A stretch of DNA of 61,630 bases, the filler included, from Choristocarpus tenellus KU-1152 (Eukaryota > Protista > Phaeophyceae), in the NCBI GenBank assembly GCA_964200185.2. It is 12 parts of 12 records of this genome, joined end to end, with 100 filler letters (N's around TTAATTAATTAA, not from the genome) between each part and the next. Parts side by side here need not be neighbours in the genome. Positions count along the whole stretch, not along the records: positions 37,540 to 44,000 come from CAXNAD020008092.1; positions 44,101 to 46,810 come from CAXNAD020025420.1; positions 46,911 to 50,607 come from CAXNAD020018448.1; positions 50,708 to 58,028 come from CAXNAD020006333.1; 8 more parts are not named here. One strand, 5' to 3'. The position numbers were made by a program, and so were the translations under genes. Shown here in pieces: positions 40,621-53,711 of the stretch (the first letter of the stretch is position 1; the number at the start of each line of letters is the position of its first letter). The notes under the pieces are model-generated. The model was not told the DNA's origin and did no database searches. It saw nothing but the letters and a program-made list of their open reading frames with translations.

Positions 40621-42708
40621 ACGAATTTCGCAGTTTTGAACCCCATGGACGCAGACTTCATGAAGTTTTTGTCTCGATTATTTTACGATTATTATCCGAA
40701 GTCCACATGGAAGGCAGTGTGTAGTGTGTACGTGTACATGTGCGACAACTACAATAAACATACCGACTCTTCATTGAAAGGCATGAGCAAGTTGAATGGA
40801 TGATATATAATATCGATATTGCTTTTCCCCGAGTCCTTCAGACTGCAGTTCAACTTGTTTTACACTCAACAACAGCTTGCTCAGAAGGCAACAAAACGAG
40901 AAAAACGCCTGCGATACACAAAGCATACAAACATCTTGCAACCAGGTGACAGTACCAGCACCACGCAGAGATGTATCACTCACTCTAAGTCCTTCTGAGG
41001 AACGATATTAAACAGTACCACCTTACATCCCTCCAGTAAATACTTTCCCTCATAATACCACCCTATTTTCACCAGCAGGAGAATTGATCCATCCTACACG
41101 AAGGTTGTATAGATAGACCTCACTGCTGAGGTGGATGCGTTTCTTGGCCCCGCAGCAATCTCATCCCGATACCAGAAACGAGTGAAAAAAGACGAAATGA
41201 GGCAGAGTTGGTTACAACTTAACGTTCATTTGATCCACAATAGCAAAAAAAAAAAGTATCCCTCACGGTTCTATGATTTAATTCTCCATGACAATAAAAC
41301 TCACAGCCTAAACATCTACTCATACACACACACACAAACACACATACATACATCCAATCAAGTTCGCCCTCTATTCTCACAGACGATCTCGAGATCAGTA
41401 CGTTATGAAGGTAGTTGAAAAAAGAAAAAAGAATCACAAAGAGGTAGAGAACTGCACACCAAAGACTCTGGGTAACAAAGAAGCTATAATGAAGTCCACA
41501 TTACCAAACACTACTACAATATCTGTGAGTTGTCTTGGAGCCTCTTCACAGCACAATATTTCGCTACCATGCCCATCATAGAACAATTTTGTTGGGTGGT
41601 GTGCAGGATGGAGCCCAGTAGTGTCATCCCCAGCAATTATTAACCTAAGAGCAATGCAGAAGAATGTCAAGGGGAGGTGAGGTGATGTTGGCTGAAGTAG
41701 AACCTGGGGAGTAACACCACCAAGACATTTCTCACTTCTTCATATGAGACTGCTTCCAGTGTAGATCTGGATCTGTAATATCAACATATTCCTTGAGAAA
41801 AATAAGGATGTTTCTACAAGTGGATCTGATATGCACCCTATAACAAAAAGCATGTGTTACTGTTGAAACTGAAAAGTCAGAGTGTGAGATATTCGTTAGA
41901 AATCAAGTGCTCACGAGTGGTTGCTAACACTCACAGTCGAACCACTACCACCGGTCATTTCAAACCAATCAAATAATGACGGTTGCTACGACAAACGGAG
42001 TAAGGCCATTCCACAAACCTTGTTGATTAGCGGAAGTCATTAGTACTACACAGTCCAATCATGCTCTACCCCTACCTACCTGCCGTGATTACCTGCCCTG
42101 CAAACTGCTCAAACAGATGCTGTAACAGAGAAAGCACTACACTCATTTTCGACAACATTGAGATGGGGGCGGTAGTCCTATCCCCTAACAACTACCTGTA
42201 TAGGACTCAGCAGAGGTTGGAGACACTTGTTCCCAGCAATTTGCAGTGCCTGAAAGTCAGACAAATACTGCTGGGAAAAGTGCAAACTTTATCTCATATT
42301 TTTCTACCCTTCACAGGCTGGAGGCTTTTTTTCAATTGCGGTAAGAGCCGGAGGTGATTTAAGCACAGTAATTATGTCACCCGAACGCATCACATCATGG
42401 CATCTACAAGGCCCAACTCCTGCATCTGTTTGCTACAGTGTACCCCATGATCACTAGGAAGGGATGCAGCGTTCGTGCTAGGAAGGGTAACAGTAGTCAT
42501 GTTGACACACTCTAAAGTACAATAAAATTAAAGACAGCTCCTGCCCAGCACAATCGCGTCACTCATCATATGAAGGGGTGCTACTTCAATGTGGGGATAG
42601 CAGTAGGTCATGCAAAGCCCTGCAATTTGGCAGTGAGACTGAACCGAACAGTGTGTGCCTCTCCATACATAGCGTTTTCCGATCTCTCTCTCCCTCTCTC
42701 TTTCTTAC

Positions 42709-43857
42709 CAACTCGGGGTGAAGGTCAACAACAGTACCCGTGATCATCAGGCTTGCATCTGAGAGGAGGTGGCCCACTGTGGCTGCCACATCCACAGGAC
42801 GGAGGAGGCGACCCATAGCGTGACCCTGTGGAATCAAAGCCACCCGCCATGCCATGGCAAATAAGAGTTGGAGAGGGGAGGAGAATTGATGAGGTGGAAG
42901 ATGCAAGGGAGCGAGAGACCTCCAAATGGGATGGGAACACCTAGGTGATCATTAGATGGAGGAGCACAGCACATGGGGGTGCATACATAAGCCTAGCCAA
43001 GCGAGAAAAGTTGAGGCACTAGGGATGTAGTGTGCGACACCCCAACATGGTATGCCTCATGATTGGTCAACAGGCCTGTTCAGGTTGTAGATCCAGAATA
43101 CAATTTTTTTGACAATCTGTGTCAGAAGCCTACCCCATCGATCTACATAAAAAGTACCCAATCTGCCTACCCCCCATGTGTACATGTGTACATGTGTGTT
43201 GTGTGTGATGCTGTACTGAATGCGTGAGTATGAAGCCTCTCAACAGGAAACCATCTTACAGTTACAATACCATACCTCCTTTGCACCTCACCTTATCAGC
43301 TTGCTGTAGCCAATCCACAGTCCCCATCTCCTCCGTTTGTACAACATGTTCATTATCTGTCAGTGTCCACCCCACATTGATTGCATTGACCCTGAGCAGA
43401 GGATGCAAGACAGTAGTGGCGTGTGCAATCATCACTATGAGAGGGCCCTATCACAAGTCAAAAGAGTGGAGGCAACAGAAAGGTACAGTTGGCAGGCAAG
43501 ACTTCAACTGCTCAAGAGCCTCACGTATAAAAAGATGAGAAGCCAGATCACAAATACAGAATCAAAGTGTTCTTGCACAGCGTACAGCGTGCTCTACAGT
43601 AGTATCGGGAGAGACCTAGTGCACAGGAGGCTCATGCCCTTGCCTCCTTTTTCCTTTCCCATGAACCCTTTGATTGTACTCTTATGTGCTGCAGATAAAA
43701 GAGAGCTATCAACAAGTGCCTGCACTCCTCCTCTGGGAAACATCGAACCTTATGCGTGATGACCTGAGCTCATGGGCATGAATCTTGGTCATGGCATTGA
43801 GGGCTGCTTTCGACACGGAATATGTGCTAACCTTGGTGAGGCCACCATGTGCCGTAA
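42709..43857 (-). CDS. Short-chain dehydrogenase/reductase, partial; exons 43749-43857, 43292-43391, 42709-42825
   Basis: YSVSKAALNAMTK (YxxxK), IR|VNAINVGWTLTD, GRLLRPVDVAATVGHLLSDASLMITGTVVDL; in-phase GT-AG introns; first and last exons not resolved. Confidence 0.9.
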
Positions 43858-44465
43858 CTGGCATAACGCACATGGAAAATGGTTGTACACGGTGTAGTAA
43901 ATAGGGGACACAACAAGAAGTGTGTGTGTGTGTGTGTTGGGGGGGGGGGGGGGGGGGGAGCAAAAAGACCCCAAAAAGAGGGAGGAAAAAGGAAGAAGTG
44001 NNNNNNNNNNNNNNNNNNNNNNNNNNNNNNNNNNNNNNNNNNNNTTAATTAATTAANNNNNNNNNNNNNNNNNNNNNNNNNNNNNNNNNNNNNNNNNNNN
44101 CTGTGGTATGCAGGTTGTGTTCTGTGTGTATTGGGGGGGGGGGATGATATCCCATGTTCACATAGGTCTATGTTTAGGGGTCACTCACTTTTGTCGTGTT
44201 CAGCTATTTTGCTATAATTCTGTATCATCTCTCTCCCCTGTCTCCCCTGTCCTGCCTCCCTCTCTTGCACAGAGCAATCTCCTACCCTCAGTCAGCTGTC
44301 GCCAATCTCCTTCTGTGCCTCTCCTTCCAGACTAGCTTGATCCTCACTTTTTGAGTAGATATCTTTTGAAATTTCCCCTTGATCAATCAATCCCCCTCTC
44401 CCTCTGTATCAGTTGTGTAATGTATTGTACTGTAATTGGCTTACTTGTGTATATGTATCTTGCAG

Positions 44466-44986
44466 GAGGCGAAGAGTCTAATAACAAAACTTCTTCATGC
44501 CTCTCCAAAGAGGAGGCTGAGTGCGGAGGAGGCCAAGAATCACACCTGGATGACCATATGCCGTGAGGACTTGAGGAAGAGCAAGCTTAGGACGTCAAAA
44601 GTGCTGCTTGAGGCAAGACACTGGTTATTTATTTCCTTGTTTTGTTGTTGAAAAAAGAAATTTCCCATGCTTGGTGTTGGTTCCCTGCAATACTCAATTG
44701 AAGTGTTGTGATGAGGTTCTGTGCTCATAGGATGGGGCTCATTTATATACACCTTGGTCTATGTCCCCCCACCTTGCTGTGTCCCTTCCTTGCTGCTGTA
44801 CTCCAGCATAACCAGAAAAATAGGCGGTTTAAGACTGTGGCACTTGGACTCATTGCAGCAAACCGGCTCTGTCAGCTCCTGGATACACATCTAAAGAAGG
44901 AACCATCAGGAGTGACTGATTGGTCCAGCAGCAGTGGGGAGTTTGGTAAGGGCGGGGTGGCTGCTGTGGTAAGCAGGCACTCATGA
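44466..44986 (+). CDS. Ca2+/calmodulin-dependent protein kinase-like, 3' end; exons 44466-44612 and 44807-44986
   Basis: EAKSLITKLL..PKRRLSAEEAKNHTWM (subdomain XI) and RRFKTVALGLIAANRL (CaM-binding-like helix). Confidence 0.85.
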
Positions 44987-45895
44987 TGAAGGGTTTTTTT
45001 TGTGCCCCCCCCCCCCCCACCCCCCCACATCCTTACTCCCCCCACCCCACATACATTACAGTTACTGAGCAATTGGTGGATTGGACGATATAGTTACATG
45101 TGGAAAGATCCTATCCATGCATGAGTTGAAACCTTGGGGGTAGTGCCTCAAGAAGAGTTGTCATGTGCTAAGATGTGCATGAAACTGCACAACTCTGCCT
45201 GGTTGAGAACCTCTAGTGATTGGATTGTGTTGGTTTTGTTTTCATACTTAGTTTATCACCGGCAGGTTGCGCTAGAGTTTATACAAAGCGTGACTTACCA
45301 TTTCAGTCACATTCATACTAAAATCATAAGAGGATCTCTGGGTGATGGTTGGTTGCAAGGGGTCTGTCCCTCATTTCCTCTGCATTTCAAATATGGAAAA
45401 AGTTGAACAACAGCAGGCTTTCCAGCTATTTTCAGACACCTCCCCCTCAAGCTGAATAGTTTCTCTTGGATTTTGTGTGCCTGGAAATGGAGTAGGTGGT
45501 ATGATACGTCTGCATTTGTGTTGTTCTTTTTTGTTGTAATGTTGTATTGGCTTTATCCCTTGCATTTTTCGCTTCATTTTTTCCTTCCTGAGAAATTTCA
45601 TGTAAAAATGTGGTTGTTAGTGAGCTCCGGGCTTTTACAGAGTGGTAGAAAGAATATTACTTGGTCTCACTTGAAATAACCCGTGAATCTACTCTTTGTT
45701 TCTGTACCGACCAGCATTGATAGGTAGACTGTACATCTTTCCATGTATTCATTGTATTTCCTTAAGGTGTGGGGTCCTGTTTCATATGACAATGATGTGC
45801 AGTCCTGCCCCTCCCCTGGTAGCATTCTGGTTTAAGTGAAAGTCTCCCTGTGAGGAGTCTGATGGGTGGTGGCGTGTTGACTGTTACACATGCCT

Positions 45896-45936
<41 letters not shown>

Positions 45937-47088
45937 TTTTTATGTTCTTGTGTATGATATTGAGAGAGGCATTTCTTTGTGTTGTGTATGTAAAGTACAG
46001 GGTAGAGGCTCTTATGAAAAAGAACCAGTAATATGTGTACCACATAGTACCCCTTTTTTATTTTTTTGCTGCTTAACTTGCCAATATGTGTCACTAGGGT
46101 GCTTTGTGATCTTAACACTATAACCATCACCAAACCCTGGATTCCCAGCTAAATGGATAAGAATGGTCGGTTTGATTTGGGTGTCGTTCCTGTTGGGCCT
46201 GGCTCAAAATCCATTGGGTGTGCAATCTCATGGGTGCAGTATGTGTGAATATACATAGAGAGATGGAGCTCTCATATCTGTTGAAAATAGGGGACTTTTT
46301 TTTCATCTTGTTTTACAGCGTGATTTTTGTGTACTAGAATGTCAGTGATATGTAGGGGCACCGCTAACTCTTGTGTTGGCAGCACACAGTGCTGAAAAGA
46401 GGCAGGAAAGAAGAGGAACAAGTTGTGTGACAGCATACTGTGTGTATGTATACCTGATGAGTACTGAGACGGAAGAGAGAGGAAGCAGTGAGCTAGCCAA
46501 TATTTTGTTGGCTATTTTTTTTTCATCCTGTGGCTACATGTACCTAGTCATTGGTATGTTTGATGGTCTGCTGGTGCCCCTGTTGATGTATGGGATGATA
46601 GAATTGGAGGAGCACCAAAAAAGGACAAGGTGCTCTAATGAGGCACAATTTGGAGGCAGCAGTTGCATGTTTGTTGCCTCAAATCGAGATTTAAAAGTTA
46701 GGTGGACAAGAAAAACAAGAAATCTTCGGTCAACAAAGTAGGGGGGGGGGGGGAAATGAATTGTCCAAAAACTAAAGGTACCTCCTCCCATGTGCCCTGA
46801 GTATATTGATNNNNNNNNNNNNNNNNNNNNNNNNNNNNNNNNNNNNNNNNNNNNTTAATTAATTAANNNNNNNNNNNNNNNNNNNNNNNNNNNNNNNNNN
46901 NNNNNNNNNNCGGGTTTATCACCTTTATCCTCTTTGATGATTTTGGGGATACTTTAACAGAGTCTCCGGTGATGAGCTGATCAGTGAAGAACGTGTGCAT
47001 GGACTCTATGCCACTGAGGTTTGGGACATATGTGGGTCGTATCGTCCCGCGCGGTCGATCTCTTGTAAGCCGGAGGGTGGACTATCTC

Positions 47089-48302
47089 CTGTGTTCCGAA
47101 CATGTCGATGTATAGAATTTTCGTAGACGTGTTATTGTGCGATCTGCCGTCCCTATCCGTCCAATCCTAAGGGATGTGGTGATTGTGCGCATACGTGGAG
47201 GGGTGGTACATGTTGGAGTCAGTGTTGGTACTGAGGCGGAGTCCTATGACCGATTTAATGTTGTGGCATTTTCTTTGGGATGATATGTGCTACCTATCCC
47301 CGTAACAAGTGTTTGGTAAATGACAGATGTTAATGTGAGGAAGAAAACAATAACTCAGAGTTTTGGGTTAGTTTGACGGTAGGCAGACTTCTGCAAAATA
47401 GAGGGCGAGATGATTGTAAGTATGCACGGACGGCCTGCAGTCGATTGAGAAGTGCGTATGTGCGATTAACACGTCGCACATGGTGTCGATGTGAAGGGAA
47501 GGCACGGATATGACATAATGGGCCAACGATATCTTTTGCATGTTTAGTGCATGGGTTAGCAAGGGGTGGGAGGGGGTAGTCTGTCGCCAGCGGCAAACAG
47601 AGGTCGATTATTGTGAGTGGGGGCGAACATGCATATGTAGTATATGTGCTACCTATTCCTGCAACAAGCGATGGGTACATGGCAGAGGGCGATGATTGCA
47701 AGTGTGCACGGGCGGTCTGCGGTCGATTGAGAAGTGCGTATGTGTGATTAGCACGTTGCGCATGGTGTCGACGTGAAGGGAAGGCACGGATGTGACACAA
47801 TTTGCAACAATTTCTATCGCATGTTTAGTAGATTGGTGGACAAGGGGCGTACGGGTTAGGGCTGTCACCAGTGGCAAGTAGAGGCCGATTATTGTGAGTG
47901 GGGGGCACCATGCATGTAGTATATGTGCTACTTGTTCCTGTAAGAAGGGTTAGCTACATGACAGACGTTGATACCGAAAAGAAGATAATAACTTCGAGTT
48001 TTGCGCGAATTTGCCGATTGGCAGACTTGTGCAAAATAGGCGGCGATGGTTGTAAGTGTGTACAGACTGTCTGTGGGGTCAATTGAGAAGTGCGTATGTG
48101 CGATTCTGATGCTGCGCGTGGTGTTGACGTGAAGGGAGATACTTTCACTCGAGTCACGGATATTACATAATTTTGAAAGGTATCTATTGCGTGTTTGGCG
48201 TGTAGGTGGGCAAGGTGCGTATACGGGTTAGGGTTGTCGCCAGTGGCAAACAGAAGGCCGATCTTTGTGAGTGGGGGGGATGGTCATGTGGAGAGTGCCT
48301 AC
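47089..48302. repeat. Tandem ~285-355-bp units within a predicted 1214-bp intron
   Basis: Minus-strand donor AAG|GTAGGC and acceptor ACACAG|GAG; cores near 47403, 47687, 48041. Confidence 0.8.
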
Positions 48303-48713
48303 CTTTGTCACGATTGTCTGTCCAAGAGGAACCTTATGGCCTTTGCGATAGCACCACTCTTCCTCTGGTATCAGATCTCTCAAGGTGTGTACTGTGTTTG
48401 GTTGCCTTGATTGTCTCCACTAGGCTTGAGGTTCTTGACATGCGCGCCCCGTCTAGTTCCAGTCTCCTGGCAGCAAACTTCACCACAGCCCCGACCCCAT
48501 TGGATAAGGACTTGCTGTGATAGGAGGCAAAGAAGTTGTGTACTACGGAAATTCCCATCCGCACTAAAGACTGAGAAACCTACCACACATCTGTTCTTGA
48601 ACTGATTCCCGCAACCTTTGGACCAGATGTAGAGGACCTCTAGGGTCTGTCCGTATTCCCAGGCTAGAGGTATTGAGTGAAAGTATCTTAGAGGGTACAA
48701 GTTTTTCCCTGTT

Positions 48714-49309
48714 CATTAGCTGCAAACAAGGATTGGGAATTGAAGCAGTGGGATGTGGGGCAAGACTTTATCCAGGCAGACATTAGTGATGAGGTTTTTG
48801 TACGTTAATGTGATGGATGTGGTATATGGTCAGGAAAGATTGTGCGTTTAGTGAAAGCTCTTTCTGACACCAAACAGGCAGCAGGGAGTTAAATAATCTG
48901 TTGGTACACGTTTTGGGGAACAATGTGGTTTTGAGCAATGCAGAGCAGATCCCTGTGTGTTACGCTATGTAAGAGATGGCGTTGTTTGTGCTGTGATAGC
49001 CCCCCTTGTTGACGATCTTTTGGTAGCGGGCATAAATGATGTTTTGATTTGGGTTCGCTCTAGAATCAAGGAGCAGTTTTCTATAGAAGATTTTGGTAAG
49101 CTTGAGCATCATATGGGTTGCGATATTTCGCGTGACAGAACTGCACAGACTGTCACCATCAGTCAGACTAGGTACATTAAGAGTAGTAGTCAAATATTTG
49201 GTATGGATGGGGCAAAGAAGATGTCGGTACACCATGATCCCTCAAGGACTTTGGACAAGAATGAGGATCATCCAAGTGTTGATGAAAATACACCGTACAG
49301 AGAGTCAGT
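48714..49309 (+). mobile_element. Copia RT fragment
   Basis: KDWELKQWDV..VIAPLVDDLLVAG..FSIEDFGKLEHHMG..ISQTRYI..PYRESV. Confidence 0.9.
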
Positions 49310-49561
49310 GAGAGAAATTATCATAGAGGGTATGAGTTTTGCCCTGTTTGTCCGTTAGGGGCTTGGCTTTCCCATGGAATTTTATGGCATTTTCTTATTC
49401 CGAAGTGTTCCAGAGTAGTTAAGATGTGTGGGTTATGAAAAGGTGTGTCCACAACAAGAAACTTGACACTTCCTAACAGACACGACAGCCACATCGAAAT
49501 CGGAAAATTAGATTTTTGCCCCCAGACGGACACAGCTCTACCCTTTAAGATACTTCGACTA
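49310..49561 (+). mobile_element. MITE family 1 (inner copy)
   Basis: Degenerate TIRs, colinear body. Confidence 0.85.
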
Positions 49562-50707
49562 TTGTCCATTTGAGGCTTGGCTTCCCACGGGTTTTTAATG
49601 ATATTCTACCTATTCCAAAACATGTTGGAGTAGGTAAGATGTATATACGTTATGAAAAGGTGTGTCTGGAACAAGGGTATTGACACTTCCTAACAAACAC
49701 GATAGCCAAAATTACTTCAAAATGGCAACATTGGATTTTGGCCCCCAAATGGACGTGGCTCTACCCTCTAAGATACTTTGGCTCATCAGGTGGTCTTTCA
49801 CAAACATCTTCACGGCGTTCAGGACGAACTCGTTGTCTTGGCTTCGGTCCTCACTACACACCGTCATGCTGTGAGCCCAAACCCTTCCCTTCCCAAGATT
49901 TCCCTCTTCCCTGAGATCCCTCAACCACCAAATAATGGTCAGGAGGGCCGTGAGGAATAGATTGAAGAACTCCTGTTGTGTCGAGTCTTGGTTGTGTTGA
50001 AGGTGCGCGCTGAAGTCCATGGACATGGCGGCATGTCCTTTGGAGAGACAGGATTTCCAGTGTTTGTATTGTTGCACCTGCCAAATGGTGGAGTTGTGAT
50101 GAAGGAAGAATCTCTTGTCAAAGTTTGCAAAGATGACCTTTAGGAGTGTAAGGAATCCCTCCGTCCGTGGGAACAGCACCTGCATTGAATGGGCCAGGTG
50201 GACACGTTTTGAGCATTAGAGCTGGTGTTAAGTTGTCGTGACGCAGGCTTGTTGTGATATAGAGTAGCAAATTTTCGGTGCTGTGGGTGGGAGTATCTGC
50301 CTGTTATTTGACAAAAATGTCGTGACACATTCGATGCACATTGTATTTATTACCCGAAGGAGACTCTCGCTCACCTTTCGCCTCCGGCTGTGCTTGTCCA
50401 TAGACCCTGTGGTGTCTTCGTCATCGTTCTCGTCGGTTCTGTTCATCATACCAGCAGCAGTTTCGAGTGCGGCCTCCACTTTTTCGGAGCCGCATCCCTT
50501 GTCTTTGTCGTAGAATGCGCATGTGCATGCGCAAGCCCATTGTCCATCGTCGCCAATGATCGTCCTCGCATGTACTTTCTTCTAGTTCTCTCTTAGGTAC
50601 TGAACCTNNNNNNNNNNNNNNNNNNNNNNNNNNNNNNNNNNNNNNNNNNNNTTAATTAATTAANNNNNNNNNNNNNNNNNNNNNNNNNNNNNNNNNNNNN
50701 NNNNNNN

Positions 50708-50772
50708 GCTGTTCTTTGTCCTTCATTAAAGCACCATCTAAAAGCCGCGGGTCCAGTGTGGGATAGTTCAAC
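50708..50772 (-). mobile_element. LTR family C terminal fragment
   Basis: Reverse complement of 58799-58862. Confidence 0.75.
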
Positions 50773-51152
50773 AGATGGCTGTTGTTGCCACCCACATTCA
50801 GAGATCCGAACCATTTAGATTGTAAGAACACTAGACACAGGAGTTTAGTAGTGTTCTAACATAGATAACCTGCAAACAAATATATATATATATTACAAAG
50901 GGGATTGAAGCTAAGACACACTAATAATCGCGAAAGGGTGCGTAATTTTGCTCTTGTTTTAGAAGCGTGGTTGCGGAGGATCCCCAAACGAGACTGGGGT
51001 GGGTCGTTGGCTTCTGTATCAGACACTAACTAAAGAAGATTAACAAAAATCCGTCACTATATATCATTTCACTTCAGTCTGGGGATTTATCCCGACCTGT
51101 GGTCAGAAGCACCACACACTCCAGCACTAATTCTAATGCCCAGTTAGAGTCA

Positions 51153-51234
51153 CAGCCGAAATTACATCAAATTCGCAACATTGGATTTTAGACCCCGAAC
51201 GGACGCGGTTCTCCCCTATAAAATGCTTTGACCC
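51153..51234 (+). mobile_element. MITE family 1 right-end fragment
   Basis: AATTACATCAAATTCGCAACATTGGATTTT..CTTTGACCC. Confidence 0.7.
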
Positions 51235-51371
51235 TAAGCTGTATGTAACTGCTGCACTTTGTGCCTTGCTTCTCGTGAATTATTTTCAGTTATTCCATTA
51301 CTCGTCCATCTTCTCCTCTCTCAAATGTTGTGCTGAAGGTCACCTTGGTTTCGCTTGAAATGAAGGGTTGC

Positions 51372-51784
51372 TGTTACAAACCGCCCCATAGCTTACCTCC
51401 ACGGAATGTGTAGCTCCAGTCCACAAGCCTATACACGACGCTGATGCATGTACAGGACGCCTGAGGTATACTGATAGCCTGATGATCAGCGAGGATGGTA
51501 GGTATCAGGTCAGCAGAAGAAGGTATAGTTATTTCCGAATGAGTGTACGACAAACAAGATTCAAGGACTGAGCCGAGAGGGCAACAACCCCTGTCCATCA
51601 ATTTTGTTCTTGTCGAGTTTTCAGCAGCCGTAGCACATCTGAAAACCTTTGCTTTTCTAAGTTACAGGTTATACACTATAACTATAGCGAATCTGACTTC
51701 CCCATTCGGGAGGTTCGCGCGCACGCTTACGACTCACACTGGTTAGAGTTTGAGAAGAAATACCTGCGCTACTCGCCTGTAACA
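51372..51784 (-). mobile_element. Solo LTR family B (413 bp, Gypsy-like)
   Basis: TGTTACA..TGTAACA termini, 4-bp TSD TTGC. Confidence 0.85.
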
Positions 51785-53371
51785 TTGCTACCTTGTCCTT
51801 GGTCCAGCGTTTTTCTTGTGCTATGGTGACAGATAGATAGGATAGTACAGGTGGGCTAAACCAATTGCGAGGTAGGCGAGTTTGAACCCTTTTGCAATAT
51901 AAGGCATCTTTCTTACCCTGTACAATAAATTCATTTCGTTGTTTCATGTGCACCATAGTGTACACAAGATTGATATCCCCCCTTTCCACACACAGAGTGA
52001 CACCACAGTTCAGCACAGACTCTTTCTGCATAGTACAAAATGAATATTTTTGTCCGTTCTCGGGATCCTTAAAATGCAACCCTGCCTACCTCTTAGTTGA
52101 TTTGACTCAGGTGCACTGTCCTTCGTGCTTGCCATGTGAACTTTGGATAACTGAAACCATATTTCCATGAGAAGCTGTCTGGTATCTATTGGGTTCAACC
52201 GCTAATATGGATGGAATTCACGCAAGGAACAACCTCTATTGATCACTCAGCCATCAGGACGCTTTTCTTGCATATACAGATAAGGTGGACCTTAACTACA
52301 GAGGCGGTTTGGTTGTCAGTAGTGGACGACAACAGAGGACCTACTAATATTTATTTCAATAAAAGTTTTCAATTATACTTTGAAGTATGTATTATGTCAG
52401 GGACAGGTTCCTTTTTTGGGATATCCGACACACACAATTGTGGATAAGATTCGCGGTCTATACATTTTTGCGCGTCAACTACGTAATTGGATCTCGCCCA
52501 TACCGACCAGTTCATAACAACCAACCACACCCATAAGATCCGGATTTGACCAAACAGTCAAAAGGACTGTCAGAACAAATATCCATTCGAGTCTGACCGA
52601 TCCATTTCTCTGCTCTGACGTTGCTCAGTCATTCTGGGACGTCTGTTGTGTTTTCAGGTTCTTGTGCTGTCTGGATTTCCTCAACTGACTTTGAGGTGTT
52701 GGGCCAAGACCTGTGAAACTCGGTCGCACCCTGTGAGGTGTAAGAGTTAAGTCTGGTGATTGTGATTGCCCCCTTGTGCAGAGAGCTTTGGCGCCTTGAC
52801 ACTTCCATAATTCATTGTGTAATAGTTGCGACATGAAGATCTATTTGAGGAGACTTGGACCGCCTGCTCATACCCAGTGAAAAAAGTGTCGTTCATTATT
52901 GTTGAATAGAGTTGAAGGGTCATGGCCAGCAACAAAGGATCACACCGATTAAGAGATAGGCAGGGTTGCCTGCAAGGAACCTGAGAAAGAGTAAAAACAC
53001 GCATTACCATTTTGTACAATCGCAGAAAGAGCCTTTGCGGAATTGTGTTGTTACTTTTGTGTGTGGAAAGGGTGGATACCAATTTTGCTTACACTATTGT
53101 GAACATAAAGCAATGAAATTGAATTAAATGCAAAAGGGCCCAAACTTATCTACCTCTCAATTGGTCAGGCTCAAACAGCGCGTTCCCTTCCTCGGGATGG
53201 TGCAATTTATGAAAATATCGAAATATTGCTTTTGGGATGGTCCCATCAGCAGTACTATTGCTTTCTTTGTGGTTTAGGTTGTTGTGAGCGTTTGGCACTA
53301 TGATCATTGCTCTTCCCCAGTACTCCTTTGTCACTATAGAGAGTTCTCATAGTATTAGATAGTAGTCTATA

Positions 53372-53405
<34 letters not shown>

Positions 53406-53711
53406 GTTGTGTTATGGAGCGACAGCTACCTGTTTTACTACTATTGTATATGGTGGACAGCGAAGAAGATTGCTACTACTATTGTTGTACTGCCATAGAA
53501 GGGCTCTTCCCCTTATAACTATAAAGACAAGCGAATACAAACATTAAATCACAATAACAAGGAAATAAGGTCATGTCCTGGAAAGGCGAACTAGGAAGAA
53601 AAGGAGATACAGACACTAAAATCATATCAAAGCATAAACATACTCTCTCTGTCCCATAGGTCTGGGTCGTTAAGTTGTACCTCTTCGGGATGACCTCCGA
53701 TTACACAACCA

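Larger units (their letters stand above)
48675..49784 (+). mobile_element. MITE family 1 split by a Copia fragment and a second MITE
   Basis: Left 39 bp at 48675-48713, remainder at 49562-49784; flanks ATT/ATC. Confidence 0.85.
46950..50480 (-). pseudogene. Sola2-like DDE transposase, disrupted by a nested insertion (48675-49784) and containing an intron (47089-48302)
   Basis: SMDFSA..QDSTQQEFF; CSEDRSQD; IWSKGCGNQFKNR; HNFFASYHSKSLSNGVGAVVK correspond to the DFSEN/SD..HD/SDGC..QYKN/HGKG..DG.G..VK motif series; frameshifts. Confidence 0.7.

Noticed and set aside
51790-53340. Possible LTR-retrotransposon integrase remnant
   Set aside because: Only a vague resemblance (KEYWGRAM..HN); too decayed to call
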